This document shows positions 43,894 through 53,564 of a stretch of 64,000 bases of DNA, one piece after another. Numbering within the stretch: the first letter of the stretch is position 1; each line of letters begins with the position of its first letter. The stretch spans positions 1,728,001-1,792,000 of the forward strand of contig CAWIIP010000002.1 in assembly GCA_963836235.1 (NCBI GenBank), in the 5' to 3' direction. The position numbers were made by a program, and so were the translations under genes. The notes under the pieces are model-generated. The model did no database searches and was not told where the DNA came from. It saw only the letters and a list, made by a program, of their open reading frames with translations. Source of the stretch: an uncultured Pseudomonadota bacterium. Its GTDB lineage: Bacteria; Oederibacteriota; Muellerivitia; Muellerivitales; Muellerivitaceae.

Positions 43894-44562
43894 TTAATCT
43901 AATGAAATGCCCAGCTGTTTCATCCGGCCCGCCGCCTCGAAAAGATAATCGTAACATTCGGCGTGGGTTTTGGCCTGCTTCCAATCCTTGCCCCAAACAT
44001 AAACCCCGTGGCGCCGCACCAGAATGGCGCGGGTTTTGGGGTTGTTTTGAATCGATTCGCCCAGAGAATCGGCCAACTCACACTCATAGGCGGTGTTGTC
44101 GATGATGGGAACTTCCAAAGTGTCAAAGGCGCCATAACCTTCCACGCCCTTTTGCATTTCCATGTTCTTGATGTGGAATTGCTTATCGAAAAGCATGGTG
44201 GCGGTGGCGGCGTTGACGGAATGGCTGTGCAAAACCGCGCCAGCATTCCTGATTTTATAGGCGTGCATGAAGAGGGGAGCGCATTGGGAAAGTTTCAAGC
44301 CCCGTCCCGGTTCTTCCACAATTGCGCCGTCGCCGTCCAACACAAAGATATCTTCCGGATTTAAACGTTCCTTCTGGACGCCGCTGGGAGCCATGTAGAT
44401 GTGATCCCCCTCCTTGATGGAAATGCCGCCGCCTGTGCCGGAAGCCCAGCCCAGATCGTAAAAATTACGACACAATTCGCAGACCAATTCGCAGGTTTTT
44501 TGGGAGGTGGCGGAAGGTTTTGAGGACTTTTTAACTTTTACTTCAGTGAGAATAGATTTCAT
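43894..44562 (-). CDS. mtnB: Methylthioribulose-1-phosphate dehydratase (APIP/MDE1-like)
   Basis: GWASGTGGGISIK, APSGVQKERL, SQCAPLF, AGAVLHSHS, LVRRHGVYVWG, AECYDYLFE; start uncertain. Confidence 0.93.
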   Translation of the reverse strand: MKSILTEVKVKKSSKPSATSQKTCELVCELCRNFYDLGWASGTGGGISIKEGDHIYMAPSGVQKERLNPEDIFVLDGDGAIVEEPGRGLKLSQCAPLFMHAYKIRNAGAVLHSHSVNAATATMLFDKQFHIKNMEMQKGVEGYGAFDTLEVPIIDNTAYECELADSLGESIQNNPKTRAILVRRHGVYVWGKDWKQAKTHAECYDYLFEAAGRMKQLGISLD

Positions 44563-44644
44563 TTTGAAATAAATTATCAGTATTCTGTCCTGAAAGGTCA
44601 AGAGAAAGACAAGTCGAAGCGATTCCCGGCTTGAAGGAAGGTCC

Positions 44645-45103
44645 GTGGCTTCTTACTACCAATCCACCCAATCTATTTTCGTCCCCGCGGCCCCGGAAAA
44701 AGTTTACGAGGCCTTAACGAATTGGCCGGTTCGTTCCCAATGGCGCCGGGGAATCGAAATCGACTGGGAAGAGGAAGGAAAGGCCTTCCTGAATCAAAAG
44801 GTGACCTTCCGGGTGAAAAGACCTTTGTTTTCCTATTCTTTTTCATTCCGTATTATGGGGCTGGAACCGCCCCGGCGTTTGTACATGGAATACACGGGAA
44901 AACCCTTGGCCGGCCGGGCCGCATTGGAGATCAATCCGGAGGGACAGGGAAGCCAAGTGACTTTCCATTGGATGAAAGTGGAACCCCTTGGCTGGGCACC
45001 TAAGCTGTTTTTCATGCTTGGATTGGGGACGCGGGCGCACCGTAACCGGACGATGGAAACCCTAAGGATGTTGAAGAAACACTTGGAAATCAAAAATTCT
45101 TGA
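44645..45103 (+). CDS. SRPBCC/START-like protein
   Basis: SIFVPAAPEKVYEALTNW...W, EPPRRL, C-terminal helix LRMLKKHLE. Confidence 0.8.
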   Translation: MASYYQSTQSIFVPAAPEKVYEALTNWPVRSQWRRGIEIDWEEEGKAFLNQKVTFRVKRPLFSYSFSFRIMGLEPPRRLYMEYTGKPLAGRAALEINPEGQGSQVTFHWMKVEPLGWAPKLFFMLGLGTRAHRNRTMETLRMLKKHLEIKNS

Positions 45104-45104
45104 G

Positions 45105-46190
45105 TTATCCCTTTGCGGACGGTAAAAGAACAGCCGAGACAAACCGCCGGACCTCTGGCGTACGGCGCTCAAAAAGAAACCAAAGGGCGTAGGCGCAAAC
45201 GAAGACTACCAAAAGCAATAACCCGAACAACAGATAACCTTCCCAGGATGGCTGCCGGGGGCGGGCGATTCCCAGGCCGAAAAATAAAAAAAACACGATC
45301 GGCAAATGGAAGGCGTAAAGGGTATAAGACATTTTCGAGAGGATTTTCGAGATTTTTTTGTACCACTGGAAAGGCACCTCCCGCGAAGCTAAAAAAGGAA
45401 GCAGGCAGGCCGAAGAAAGGCCTATTAGGCCATCATTGAGGTTAGGCGATTCCCGGCCGGCATAAGCAAGGGTGAGGGAGAAAAGCAAAACTGAACCGAT
45501 AAAAAAGGGGAAGCTTCCGGCCACTCGAAAGAGGGAGGGTTTTGAGACGCACCAGGAGGCCGCAACCCCCATCAGCCAAATCAGGCCCAAGGCCGTAAGC
45601 CGTTTAGGTAGGAAAACCAAAGCAAGGGCCACCGCGGCTGCGCAAAAAATTCTTCTTCCGGCTCTCCCCCGGGTGAAAATCGAAAAATATGACAGGGGAA
45701 ATAGAAGGTAATACCAAAATTCGTTGGCCAGGCTCCAGAGGGCCCCGTTGGAACCGTAATCCGCGCAGGCGACCGTTTGGAGGAAAAATAGGTTGCCCAA
45801 AAAACAATCAAAGCTATCCCGAGCCCCCGCGTAAGAGGCATGATCCCCGATTCTTTTTCCGATCAAGTCCAAGGCCAGGGTAAAAATCAAGGCGGGAATT
45901 AGAACGGTCCACAAACGTGTCAGGCGCTGGATGCCATAGCGAATCCAAGACCAGCGGTTTTGGGAGAAGCTGTTCAAGACACTGCCGCCGACGAAAAAGC
46001 CGCTCAGGATGAAAAAACACATAACCGCCAAGCCTTGCTGGCTACAGACAAAATAAAAAAAAGCGTCGAAAGCGTTTGGTTTTATGATTTTGGAGTAATC
46101 CACGTGGAAATAGGACTGAATGTGGCCAGCGGCGACCGCCAGGGCCGCCAAGCCCCGGAGAAGATCTAGGTTGGTTTGCCGTTGTTCCAC
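45105..46190 (-). CDS. Acyltransferase family 3 (OafA-like)
   Basis: LDLLRGLAALAV, FFILSGF, RLTRL, WSLANEFWYY, SYTLYAFH. Confidence 0.9.
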   Translation of the reverse strand: MEQRQTNLDLLRGLAALAVAAGHIQSYFHVDYSKIIKPNAFDAFFYFVCSQQGLAVMCFFILSGFFVGGSVLNSFSQNRWSWIRYGIQRLTRLWTVLIPALIFTLALDLIGKRIGDHASYAGARDSFDCFLGNLFFLQTVACADYGSNGALWSLANEFWYYLLFPLSYFSIFTRGRAGRRIFCAAAVALALVFLPKRLTALGLIWLMGVAASWCVSKPSLFRVAGSFPFFIGSVLLFSLTLAYAGRESPNLNDGLIGLSSACLLPFLASREVPFQWYKKISKILSKMSYTLYAFHLPIVFFLFFGLGIARPRQPSWEGYLLFGLLLLVVFVCAYALWFLFERRTPEVRRFVSAVLLPSAKG

Positions 46191-46334
46191 TTTACCGCCT
46201 TCCCCTAAAGCCTAGACTAATATGGATCAAACAGAGTGTTATCTTAAGGTTGATTTAGCTTCTCTTGCCCTCTTATTATAAGCTTCCTATTTTAACTTTT
46301 AACGCGCCGCATATTTAAGGTAACGGAGAAAGAC

Positions 46335-47495
46335 ATGAGCAACCTCAGTCAAGACCAGATCAAGCGATATACCCGACATATCCTGCTTCCCGAAGTGGGA
46401 GTCACAGGCCAGAAAAAACTCCTGGACGCCAAGGTGCTCGTGGTTGGAGCGGGCGGTCTGGGCTGCCCTATTTCCCTTTACCTAACCGCGGCGGGGGTGG
46501 GTACCATCGGCTTGGTGGATTTCGACACAGTGGATGCCAGCAACTTGCAGCGCCAGGTTCTTTTCACCACCGAGGACGTGGGCAAGCCCAAGGTGGAAGC
46601 GGCGGCCAAACGCCTGAAAGCCTTGAATCCGGACGTCAAGATCAACACCTACCAGGTGGCATTGAAAAGCGACAATATCATGGACATCCTGAAGGATTAC
46701 GACATGATCATCGACGGGACGGATAATTTTCCGACCCGCTATCTCACGAATGATGCGGCTGTTCTCCAGAAGAAACCGAACATTTACGGCTCCATTTTCC
46801 GTTTCGACGGCCAAATGACGGTTTTCAAAGCTCCCGAGGGCCCTTGCTACCGCTGTCTCTATCCCGAACCACCTCCGCCGGGCGAAGTGCCTTCCTGCGC
46901 CGAGGGCGGCGTTATGGGGGCGATGGTGGGAACCATCGGGGCCATCCAGGCTACCGAAGCCATCAAACTCATCACTGGCGCGGGTAAGCCCGCCATCGGG
47001 AAGTTTGTTATCTATAACTCACTCGATATGCAATTCAGGACCCTCAAACTCCATAAGGACCCGGCATGCCCCATCTGCGGAACCAACCCCACAATCAAAG
47101 CCTTGATCGATTACGAGCAATTTTGCGGCATGAAGGTGGAGGAAACCCAGACCAAGCAGGTGGCCGTGGGTAAGGACGAGATCGACGCGCTGGAACTGAA
47201 GGTGAAAATGGACGAGAAACAGGATTTCTTCCTACTCGACGTTCGAGAACCAAACGAGTATGAAATTGCCCGTATTCCGGGCTCCACCCTTCTTCCCTTA
47301 TCTCAATTGCCCAACCGCTTCCATGAACTGGACAAGGTCAAAGGAAAAGAAATCGTCGTGCATTGCAAGGGCGGCACCCGCAGCGCCAAGGCCATTAACT
47401 TTCTGAAGCAACAGGGCTTTGACCATCTCGTCAACGTCGCGGGGGGAATCCTGGGTTGGAGTGACCAGGTTGACTCTTCCGTTCCGAAGTATTAA
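46335..47495 (+). CDS. moeB: MoeB/MoeZ adenylyltransferase with C-terminal rhodanese
   Basis: RYTRHILLPEVG, GAGGLG, SNLQRQ, CYRC/CPIC Zn sites, rhodanese HCKGGTRS. Confidence 0.92.
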   Translation: MSNLSQDQIKRYTRHILLPEVGVTGQKKLLDAKVLVVGAGGLGCPISLYLTAAGVGTIGLVDFDTVDASNLQRQVLFTTEDVGKPKVEAAAKRLKALNPDVKINTYQVALKSDNIMDILKDYDMIIDGTDNFPTRYLTNDAAVLQKKPNIYGSIFRFDGQMTVFKAPEGPCYRCLYPEPPPPGEVPSCAEGGVMGAMVGTIGAIQATEAIKLITGAGKPAIGKFVIYNSLDMQFRTLKLHKDPACPICGTNPTIKALIDYEQFCGMKVEETQTKQVAVGKDEIDALELKVKMDEKQDFFLLDVREPNEYEIARIPGSTLLPLSQLPNRFHELDKVKGKEIVVHCKGGTRSAKAINFLKQQGFDHLVNVAGGILGWSDQVDSSVPKY

Positions 47496-47505
47496 CGGAT
47501 GATCA

Positions 47506-48132
47506 ATGCCTGAGTCCATCAAAAAAGAAATCGGTGTGGCGCGGGTGACTTTCGCCAACCGATTCCAAGCTTTCGTGGATTATCAAAGCGCCGAGACTGA
47601 CGTCCTTTCCCGTGAGCGGGATTCGATCCAGCTTTTCTCCCTGGTCCTAGTGCGTGTCCTCTTCCTATTGGGGGAGAACAAGCAGGCGCCGATGCTCCTG
47701 GAATATATCCAAACCGCCATGGGCGATACGGTGACCCCTAAGGGCCTCCAGCGCCCCACTATCCTGGGTCCGGGTCAAGGTTTAATGGAAGCCCTTCCTG
47801 AAAAACCGGAGAAACTGATGATCCTAAACCTGATCCAAGAAGAAGAAAATCGCTTGGCCGAAATCACCTTGCCCCTGGGGGAGGAGGGCCATTTTTATCC
47901 CGCCGCCCTCATTTTTTATTTCCAATACCTCATTCGCACTTTGAACGACGCTTCCCTCTTTTTTCTAATATTGGTTTTGGGGGGGATGATGGAATATTAC
48001 GAGAGGATTGGGAAAACAAACGATCTCAAAGCCCTTGTGGACGGGCCCGCCTATGCTTTTTCCACCGCTATTCGCTATATCGAGGAGGAGCGACGCCGGA
48101 ACCAACCGCCTTCCGCTCCTTCCGTCAACTGA
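47506..48132 (+). CDS. Hypothetical protein
   Basis: 208-aa ORF tightly coupled between moeZ and galK. Confidence 0.7.
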   Translation: MPESIKKEIGVARVTFANRFQAFVDYQSAETDVLSRERDSIQLFSLVLVRVLFLLGENKQAPMLLEYIQTAMGDTVTPKGLQRPTILGPGQGLMEALPEKPEKLMILNLIQEEENRLAEITLPLGEEGHFYPAALIFYFQYLIRTLNDASLFFLILVLGGMMEYYERIGKTNDLKALVDGPAYAFSTAIRYIEEERRRNQPPSAPSVN

Positions 48133-49319
48133 TGGCCTCCGCCCTCTCCGAACAAGCCAAGGAAATTTTCGCCCAAACCTTTACGGGTTCACCGGAAGTG
48201 ATGGTGACGGCCCCGGGCCGGGTCAACCTGATCGGCGAGCATACCGATTACAACGAAGGTTTTGTGCTCCCGATGGCGGTCAACCGAGGTATTGCCATTG
48301 TCGGCCGCAAAAGGGCGGATTCCAAGATTTTGCTTTATTCCGCTGATTACCGAGAATCGGAAGAGTTCTCCATTGATTCCATCCGGCCCGATTTGAGCCG
48401 AGTTTGGGCCAATTATTTCAAGGGCGTGGCCCTGATGCTAAGAAAAAACGGCCTTACCATAGGTGGGTGTGAAGCCGTCATCAAGGGTGATCTGCCACAG
48501 GGCGCGGGGCTTAGTTCCTCGGCCGCTTTGGAAGTGGCGGCGGTGGTCTTTCTCCAAAAGCTCTTCAACTTGGGGTTGGAGGATTTAGACCTAGTGCGCC
48601 TCGCTCAACAGGCAGAAAACGAGTTCGTGGGAGTCCAATGCGGCATCATGGACCAGTTCGCTTCCTATATGGGAGGCAAAGACCACGCCCTTTTCCTGGA
48701 TTGCCGAAGCCTGGAACATGACTGGGTGCCTTTGGGAACGGAGGTCAAAGTGGTGGTTTTCAACACGGGTGTCAAGCGTGAGCTGGCTTCCTCCGACTAT
48801 AACGAGCGCCGCCGCCAATGCCAGGAAGGGGTTCGACAGTTCTCCGGATTTTTGCCAAATGTCAAATCCCTGAGGGATGTTTCCCTTTGCGATTTCGAGA
48901 AATACCAGGGCCGGTTGGATAACGTCACGATGAAACGCTGTCGCCACGTGATTTCCGAAAACCAGAGAGTTTTGGACACGGTGGAAGCCTTGAGGGCCAA
49001 GAATTTTGAGAGGGTCAAGGTTTTTTTCCGGGAATCCCACGAAAGCCTCCGGGATGACTATCAAGTGAGCTGTCACGAGCTGGATGCTTTGGTGGAGTTG
49101 GCGCAGGAACACCCGCTTCAGAAGGGTTCACGAATGACGGGCGGTGGTTTTGGCGGGTGCACGGTGCACCTGATCCCCTCGGATGACCAAGTGGTGGCGA
49201 ACTTTATTTCTTTTGTGGGGAATGGTTACGAGAAGCAAATAGGCCGAAAGCCTGAAAGCTATATTTTCACTCCATTCGCAGGCGCAAAATTTTTGAACGA
49301 TTCTGAGGGTAAAAAATGA
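48132..49319 (+). CDS. galK: Galactokinase
   Basis: APGRVNLIGEHTDYN, GAGLSSSAA, CGIMDQ, RMTGGGFGGC. Confidence 0.95.
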   Translation: MASALSEQAKEIFAQTFTGSPEVMVTAPGRVNLIGEHTDYNEGFVLPMAVNRGIAIVGRKRADSKILLYSADYRESEEFSIDSIRPDLSRVWANYFKGVALMLRKNGLTIGGCEAVIKGDLPQGAGLSSSAALEVAAVVFLQKLFNLGLEDLDLVRLAQQAENEFVGVQCGIMDQFASYMGGKDHALFLDCRSLEHDWVPLGTEVKVVVFNTGVKRELASSDYNERRRQCQEGVRQFSGFLPNVKSLRDVSLCDFEKYQGRLDNVTMKRCRHVISENQRVLDTVEALRAKNFERVKVFFRESHESLRDDYQVSCHELDALVELAQEHPLQKGSRMTGGGFGGCTVHLIPSDDQVVANFISFVGNGYEKQIGRKPESYIFTPFAGAKFLNDSEGKK

Positions 49320-50224
49320 AACCTACGTTACTGATAATGGCCGCCGGCATGGGAAGCCGCTATGGGGGCTTGAAGCAAATGGAGCCCATGGGCCCTAATG
49401 GTTCCACCCTTTTGGATTATTCGGTATATGACGCGATCCGGGCGGGATTTGGCAAAGTCGTATTCGTCATCCGGCACGATATCGAGGGGGATTTCAAGAA
49501 AATCGTGGGGAAAAAATGGGAATCAAAAATACCCGTGCGGTATGTTTTCCAGGAATTGGCGATGGTTCCCGAAGGTTTTAAGATTCCGGAAGGCCGCCAA
49601 AAGCCTTGGGGCACCGGCCACGCGATATGGGTTGCCCAGGGAGCCATCCAAGAGCCTTTTGCCGCCATCAATGCCGACGATTATTACGGGCGAAATTCCT
49701 TTAAAGCGCTGGTCTCGTTCCTTAAAAAGATTAAAAAAAATGATCTCCCCACTTATAGCATGGTGGGTTTTCCCTTAAAAAAAACTCTGTCGGAACATGG
49801 GACGGTTGCCCGGGGTGTTTGCCGGATTGGGACGGGAAAGCGGTTGAAAGAAGTGGTGGAACGAACCCAAATCGGACAGGAAGGCTACAAGATCTTTTAC
49901 CTGGACGAATTGGCCAAGAAGTATCCTTTGAAAAAAACGGAAATTGTATCCATGAATATGTGGGGGTTTACGCCGTTTCTTTTCCGGCAACTCGACAAGG
50001 GATTCGGCGAATTTTTAAAGGAAAAAGGGCAAGATCTTAAATCCGAATTCCTGATCCCCCGCGTCGTGGACGAAGCCATCGCCACAAGGCAGGCTACTGT
50101 GAAAGTACTTTCTACCAAAGACCGGTGGTTCGGAGTGACCTATCCACAGGATAAGGAACGGGTACGTGAAAATATTTTCAAACTCGTCAGCCGAAAGGTT
50201 TATCCCGCTATTCCGTGGGAATAA
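49316..50224 (+). CDS. Sugar-phosphate nucleotidyltransferase
   Basis: LLIMAAGMGSRYGGLKQ, KPWGTGHA, INADDYYG, VSMNMWGF, WFGVTY. Confidence 0.9.
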   Translation: MKPTLLIMAAGMGSRYGGLKQMEPMGPNGSTLLDYSVYDAIRAGFGKVVFVIRHDIEGDFKKIVGKKWESKIPVRYVFQELAMVPEGFKIPEGRQKPWGTGHAIWVAQGAIQEPFAAINADDYYGRNSFKALVSFLKKIKKNDLPTYSMVGFPLKKTLSEHGTVARGVCRIGTGKRLKEVVERTQIGQEGYKIFYLDELAKKYPLKKTEIVSMNMWGFTPFLFRQLDKGFGEFLKEKGQDLKSEFLIPRVVDEAIATRQATVKVLSTKDRWFGVTYPQDKERVRENIFKLVSRKVYPAIPWE

Positions 50225-50232
50225 CCTGAAGT

Positions 50233-51033
50233 TTATTCCGACTCCCCTAATTTTTCTTTCGCTTTTTGCACCATTTCCACATTTTTATTCAAATCAATGA
50301 CTTTCTGGTAATAAATTCCAGCTTCTTTTCTTTTACCCAAAGCCTCCAGGGTGTCACCGATTCCACAAAGGACTTGGCTGTCCTTGGGATCTCTGAGATT
50401 GGCAAGCAGGAGATATTTCAAGGCTCGGGCCAAGTCCTTTCGTCGTGAAAAGTAGGTGGCGATGGAGTTGTAGGTATAAGAGCGGTCGGGATAATAGGTG
50501 ATAGAGAGCTTTGACAGGCGAAAAGCTTCCTCATCCCCCTGTTCCGTCTGAAGGCCGAAGTAATGGGAGATATAACCCTTTAAAGTTTCCGGGACGAGTT
50601 TGGAAGAACGCCTGGGTAACTTTTGACCATTGGCCCACCGCAAATTTTTCCAATCCTTATCCGCCGATTGGAGAGTTTGGGCCAGGAGATTGTATTGGGA
50701 CTCGAAATCGCCCAAGTCCTGATAAACTTCAGCTAAGGCGAAATCCACATCCAACCTCCAGGGATCAGTCACCAGGGCGCTTTTCCAATAAGAAATGGAT
50801 TTGATCAATAAGCGGTGATCGTTTTGGGCCAAGCCTTTAGCACATAAAAAATGACCGTAAGCTACCCGCAGTTCCATATTGGTAGAATCGGAACGATTCC
50901 AATCGGATAATGTTTTCTCCATAGCCGGAAAGTTTTTTTGATTCGATTGTTCATAAAAATCTTCTCGGTAGTCCGAAAGGGCGATCGAAGGAATGGCGGT
51001 TACGATCAGGACCAAAATGAACAGCTTATTCAA
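50233..51033 (-). CDS. Exported TPR protein
   Basis: TTG start gives signal peptide LNKLFILVLIVTAIPSIALS; TPR motifs (ALVTDPW, RDPKD, YYQKVIDLN). Confidence 0.75.
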   Translation of the reverse strand: MNKLFILVLIVTAIPSIALSDYREDFYEQSNQKNFPAMEKTLSDWNRSDSTNMELRVAYGHFLCAKGLAQNDHRLLIKSISYWKSALVTDPWRLDVDFALAEVYQDLGDFESQYNLLAQTLQSADKDWKNLRWANGQKLPRRSSKLVPETLKGYISHYFGLQTEQGDEEAFRLSKLSITYYPDRSYTYNSIATYFSRRKDLARALKYLLLANLRDPKDSQVLCGIGDTLEALGKRKEAGIYYQKVIDLNKNVEMVQKAKEKLGESE

Positions 51034-51050
51034 GCAGGGATACCTTTGGA

Positions 51051-51695
51051 TCAAAATTTCCGGGGAGTCTTCAACCGAAGATGGAAGCCCACGCCATCCC
51101 GGATAGGCAACATTGAAGAGGCAAAGTTCTTGTCGTTCCAAAATAGTTTCGTGTATTCCAGGATAGCCTTTGTCGTGGCATCGGGGTTACCTTGAGCCAC
51201 TTTACCCGACCACAAAAGGTTATCGGTGATCACGATGTTTCCGGGCTGTGCCCGCTTGGCAATGGCCCGATAGGCGTCCGGATAGCCGTCCTTGTCGATG
51301 TCACAATAATAGATATCGAATTTTCCGGGAGTTTTATTGAGGCTTTCGATGGCGTCACCGGCGTGGAAACGGATTTTTTTCAAGAGACCCGCTTTTTTGA
51401 AATAGTGATAAGCCAGCTTGGTGTTCTTAGGGTCGCCGTCGGTATGGTGGACGATTCCGGAGGGCGGTAGAGCCAGAGCGAACCACATGGTGGAATAACC
51501 AAAGCCCGAACCCAACTCAAAGACCTTTTTGGCCTTTGAAAGAACCGCAAGCTGGTATAAAACCCGCCCCACCTCGCAATTGACGATGGGAAAATGCCTG
51601 GACTCACCATAGGCTTGCATTTCCTTGAGGATGGGGTGGTCGATTTGGCCCAGCGTATAGAGGTATTTCTTAACCGGCTCCTGGAAGATGGCCAT
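51051..51695 (-). CDS. Class I SAM O-methyltransferase (caffeoyl-CoA OMT/TrmR-like)
   Basis: VFELGSGFGYS, GDAIESL, DIDKDGY, TDNLLWSG, PIRDG. Confidence 0.9.
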   Translation of the reverse strand: MAIFQEPVKKYLYTLGQIDHPILKEMQAYGESRHFPIVNCEVGRVLYQLAVLSKAKKVFELGSGFGYSTMWFALALPPSGIVHHTDGDPKNTKLAYHYFKKAGLLKKIRFHAGDAIESLNKTPGKFDIYYCDIDKDGYPDAYRAIAKRAQPGNIVITDNLLWSGKVAQGNPDATTKAILEYTKLFWNDKNFASSMLPIRDGVGFHLRLKTPRKF

Positions 51696-51701
51696 GGCGG
51701 A

Positions 51702-52184
51702 TTAACCCCCGAAATCGCGAAGTAAATAAAAAAAGTAAACCGTTCCGGAAATGATCACGACCAAGTTTAAAAGGCTGGAAATGCCATGGGCCTTTCCGAA
51801 ATCCTTTGAAAGAGAGTCTATCTTGGGTTGGTCCTTGGCTTCCTTGGCGGCTTGCCTCTCGATCCGTAGCCGCGAGACCTTGGGTCCGATCCAAAGGCCC
51901 TGGCCCAAGGAGAACAAAAGCATCAGGCACAGCATCGTAATTTTGACGCAGTCCTGGGGAACATAGCTTTTCAGCGGATGGAGCAAGTGGAAGGTAACGA
52001 CCAGTAGGGTTCCGCAGATGTAGCTGATCAGGTAATAGGCGGGGAAAAGATGGCTTTGGACCTCGCCAAAAAGAGGGCGGGAGAGGGTTTTAAAAAGAAC
52101 GGGAGCCTGAATAAAAGTGAAATAAAGCAGGGTGCCGTACCAAAAAGTGAAGGTAAAGAAGTGGACGAAACGAAGAAAAATCAT
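51702..52184 (-). CDS. DUF4149/TMEM205-like membrane protein
   Basis: APVLFKTLSRPLFGEVQSHLFPAYY, FGKAHGISSLLNL; 4 TMs. Confidence 0.85.
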   Translation of the reverse strand: MIFLRFVHFFTFTFWYGTLLYFTFIQAPVLFKTLSRPLFGEVQSHLFPAYYLISYICGTLLVVTFHLLHPLKSYVPQDCVKITMLCLMLLFSLGQGLWIGPKVSRLRIERQAAKEAKDQPKIDSLSKDFGKAHGISSLLNLVVIISGTVYFFYLLRDFGG

Positions 52185-52206
52185 TGGGCCTCCTTATCGA
52201 TGGGAC

Positions 52207-52251
52207 ATTGTAGGGTTTGTTCCCAGTGATTTTCAACGAATCGATTATAAT
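52207..52251. promoter_or_regulatory. Divergent sigma70-like promoters
   Basis: Minus strand TTGAAA-18-TACAAT (52236..52207); plus strand TATAAT 52246-52251. Confidence 0.5.
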
Positions 52252-52282
52252 GTGGCCCACTTCTTTTGAAAAAAGGTCGAAG

Positions 52283-52630
52283 ATGGGAACTGAAAAAAAA
52301 GCCAAAATTGTTTTCCCAAAAACGGGTGAAGAATGCGAAGTGGATTACGACGACACCTTGGTTGATGCCACTTTCCGCTATGACCTGCCTATCCGTTATC
52401 GTTGTGAAAGGGCGGTTTGCACTACCTGCTTGGTGGAAGTTCTGGAAGGAATGAAAAATCTTTCGGAAGCGGAGGAACGGGAAAAACAAACGCTTGCTGC
52501 CATTAAGGCGGAACCTCTTTGGCGCTTGGCCTGTCAGGTTTCAGTGTTAGGCGACGTGAAGCTGGACTATATTCCGATTACGGATATTCGCCGCAAACCT
52601 AGCTCAACCCAAGAAACCGACGTCCTTTAA
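52283..52630 (+). CDS. 2Fe-2S ferredoxin
   Basis: C-x4-C-x2-C (CERAVCTTC) and RLACQ. Confidence 0.88.
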   Translation: MGTEKKAKIVFPKTGEECEVDYDDTLVDATFRYDLPIRYRCERAVCTTCLVEVLEGMKNLSEAEEREKQTLAAIKAEPLWRLACQVSVLGDVKLDYIPITDIRRKPSSTQETDVL

Positions 52631-53133
52631 AGCTTTGGTAATTGTTCCCGCAGGTGAAGGTATTCCTGCACGCCCGCTAGGATGGATTTAACTTCTCCAT
52701 CCGTTATCCGTCGGACGATTTTTCCGGGAACTCCCAAGACTAAAGACCGAGCCGGAATTTTTGCCCCTTCCAAAACTATCGCTCCGGCTCCGATGATGCA
52801 TTCGTCGCCGATCACGGCGCCGGTCAGAATGGTCGAGTTGATGCCGATCAGGCAGCGGTTTCCGACGGTACAGGCATGCACGCAAGCCTTATGGCCGACC
52901 ACGCAGTCTTCCCCAATGGTGGCTGGATAGTTCGTATCGGTATGAAATACACAACCATCCTGGATGTTGGTGCGGTTTCCCACCCAAATGGCGGCCATAT
53001 CACCCCGTAACACGGCTGATGGCCAAAGGCTGACGTCATCGCCCAAAGCGACCTGGCCTATGACGATTGCTGATTCATGGACACGAACATTTATTCCGAA
53101 AGTGGGTTTATGGCTTTGATAGGGCTGGATCAT
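52627..53133 (-). CDS. Gamma carbonic anhydrase family hexapeptide-repeat protein
   Basis: AVLRGD, TNIQDGCVFH, GHKACVHAC, LVLGVPGK. Confidence 0.92.
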   Translation of the reverse strand: MIQPYQSHKPTFGINVRVHESAIVIGQVALGDDVSLWPSAVLRGDMAAIWVGNRTNIQDGCVFHTDTNYPATIGEDCVVGHKACVHACTVGNRCLIGINSTILTGAVIGDECIIGAGAIVLEGAKIPARSLVLGVPGKIVRRITDGEVKSILAGVQEYLHLREQLPKL

Positions 53134-53564
53134 GATCGAGTCTCATTCGGTGGGACACAAGTCACTTCCAATTTGATCCTATCAGGGCCTTCAAAATAAA
53201 CCGCGTAATAATTTTTATGATACTCGGGAAAATAACGAGGGCTGTCGTAAAGAATCTTGATGTTTCCTTTTTTCAAAAAATCCCGGGTAAAGTTCTTGAC
53301 GGCTTGTAAGGAATCAACTCCAAAGGAAATGTGATTCAAACCGGGAGCCTTACGGTGGAATTTTCTTTTGGAATGATTCTTGGCCGATTGAATAATCCAA
53401 AAGTCGGTCGTGCCATTACTCGCACCCAAATGTTCCGGGCTTTCATCCACTATCCGATAACCCAGGTGAGAAAAAAACTCCCGGTAAAAGGGAAGAGACC
53501 GACTTGCGTCGGATATATTTATTTGGATGTGATAAACCGAAGTCCGAGGTCTTCCCGGCCTCAA
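53130..53564 (-). CDS. VOC/glyoxalase family protein
   Basis: HIQINISD...FY, GLNHISF, YYAVYFEGPDRIKLEV; TTG start overlapping the bcp stop. Confidence 0.85.
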   Translation of the reverse strand: MRPGRPRTSVYHIQINISDASRSLPFYREFFSHLGYRIVDESPEHLGASNGTTDFWIIQSAKNHSKRKFHRKAPGLNHISFGVDSLQAVKNFTRDFLKKGNIKILYDSPRYFPEYHKNYYAVYFEGPDRIKLEVTCVPPNETRS

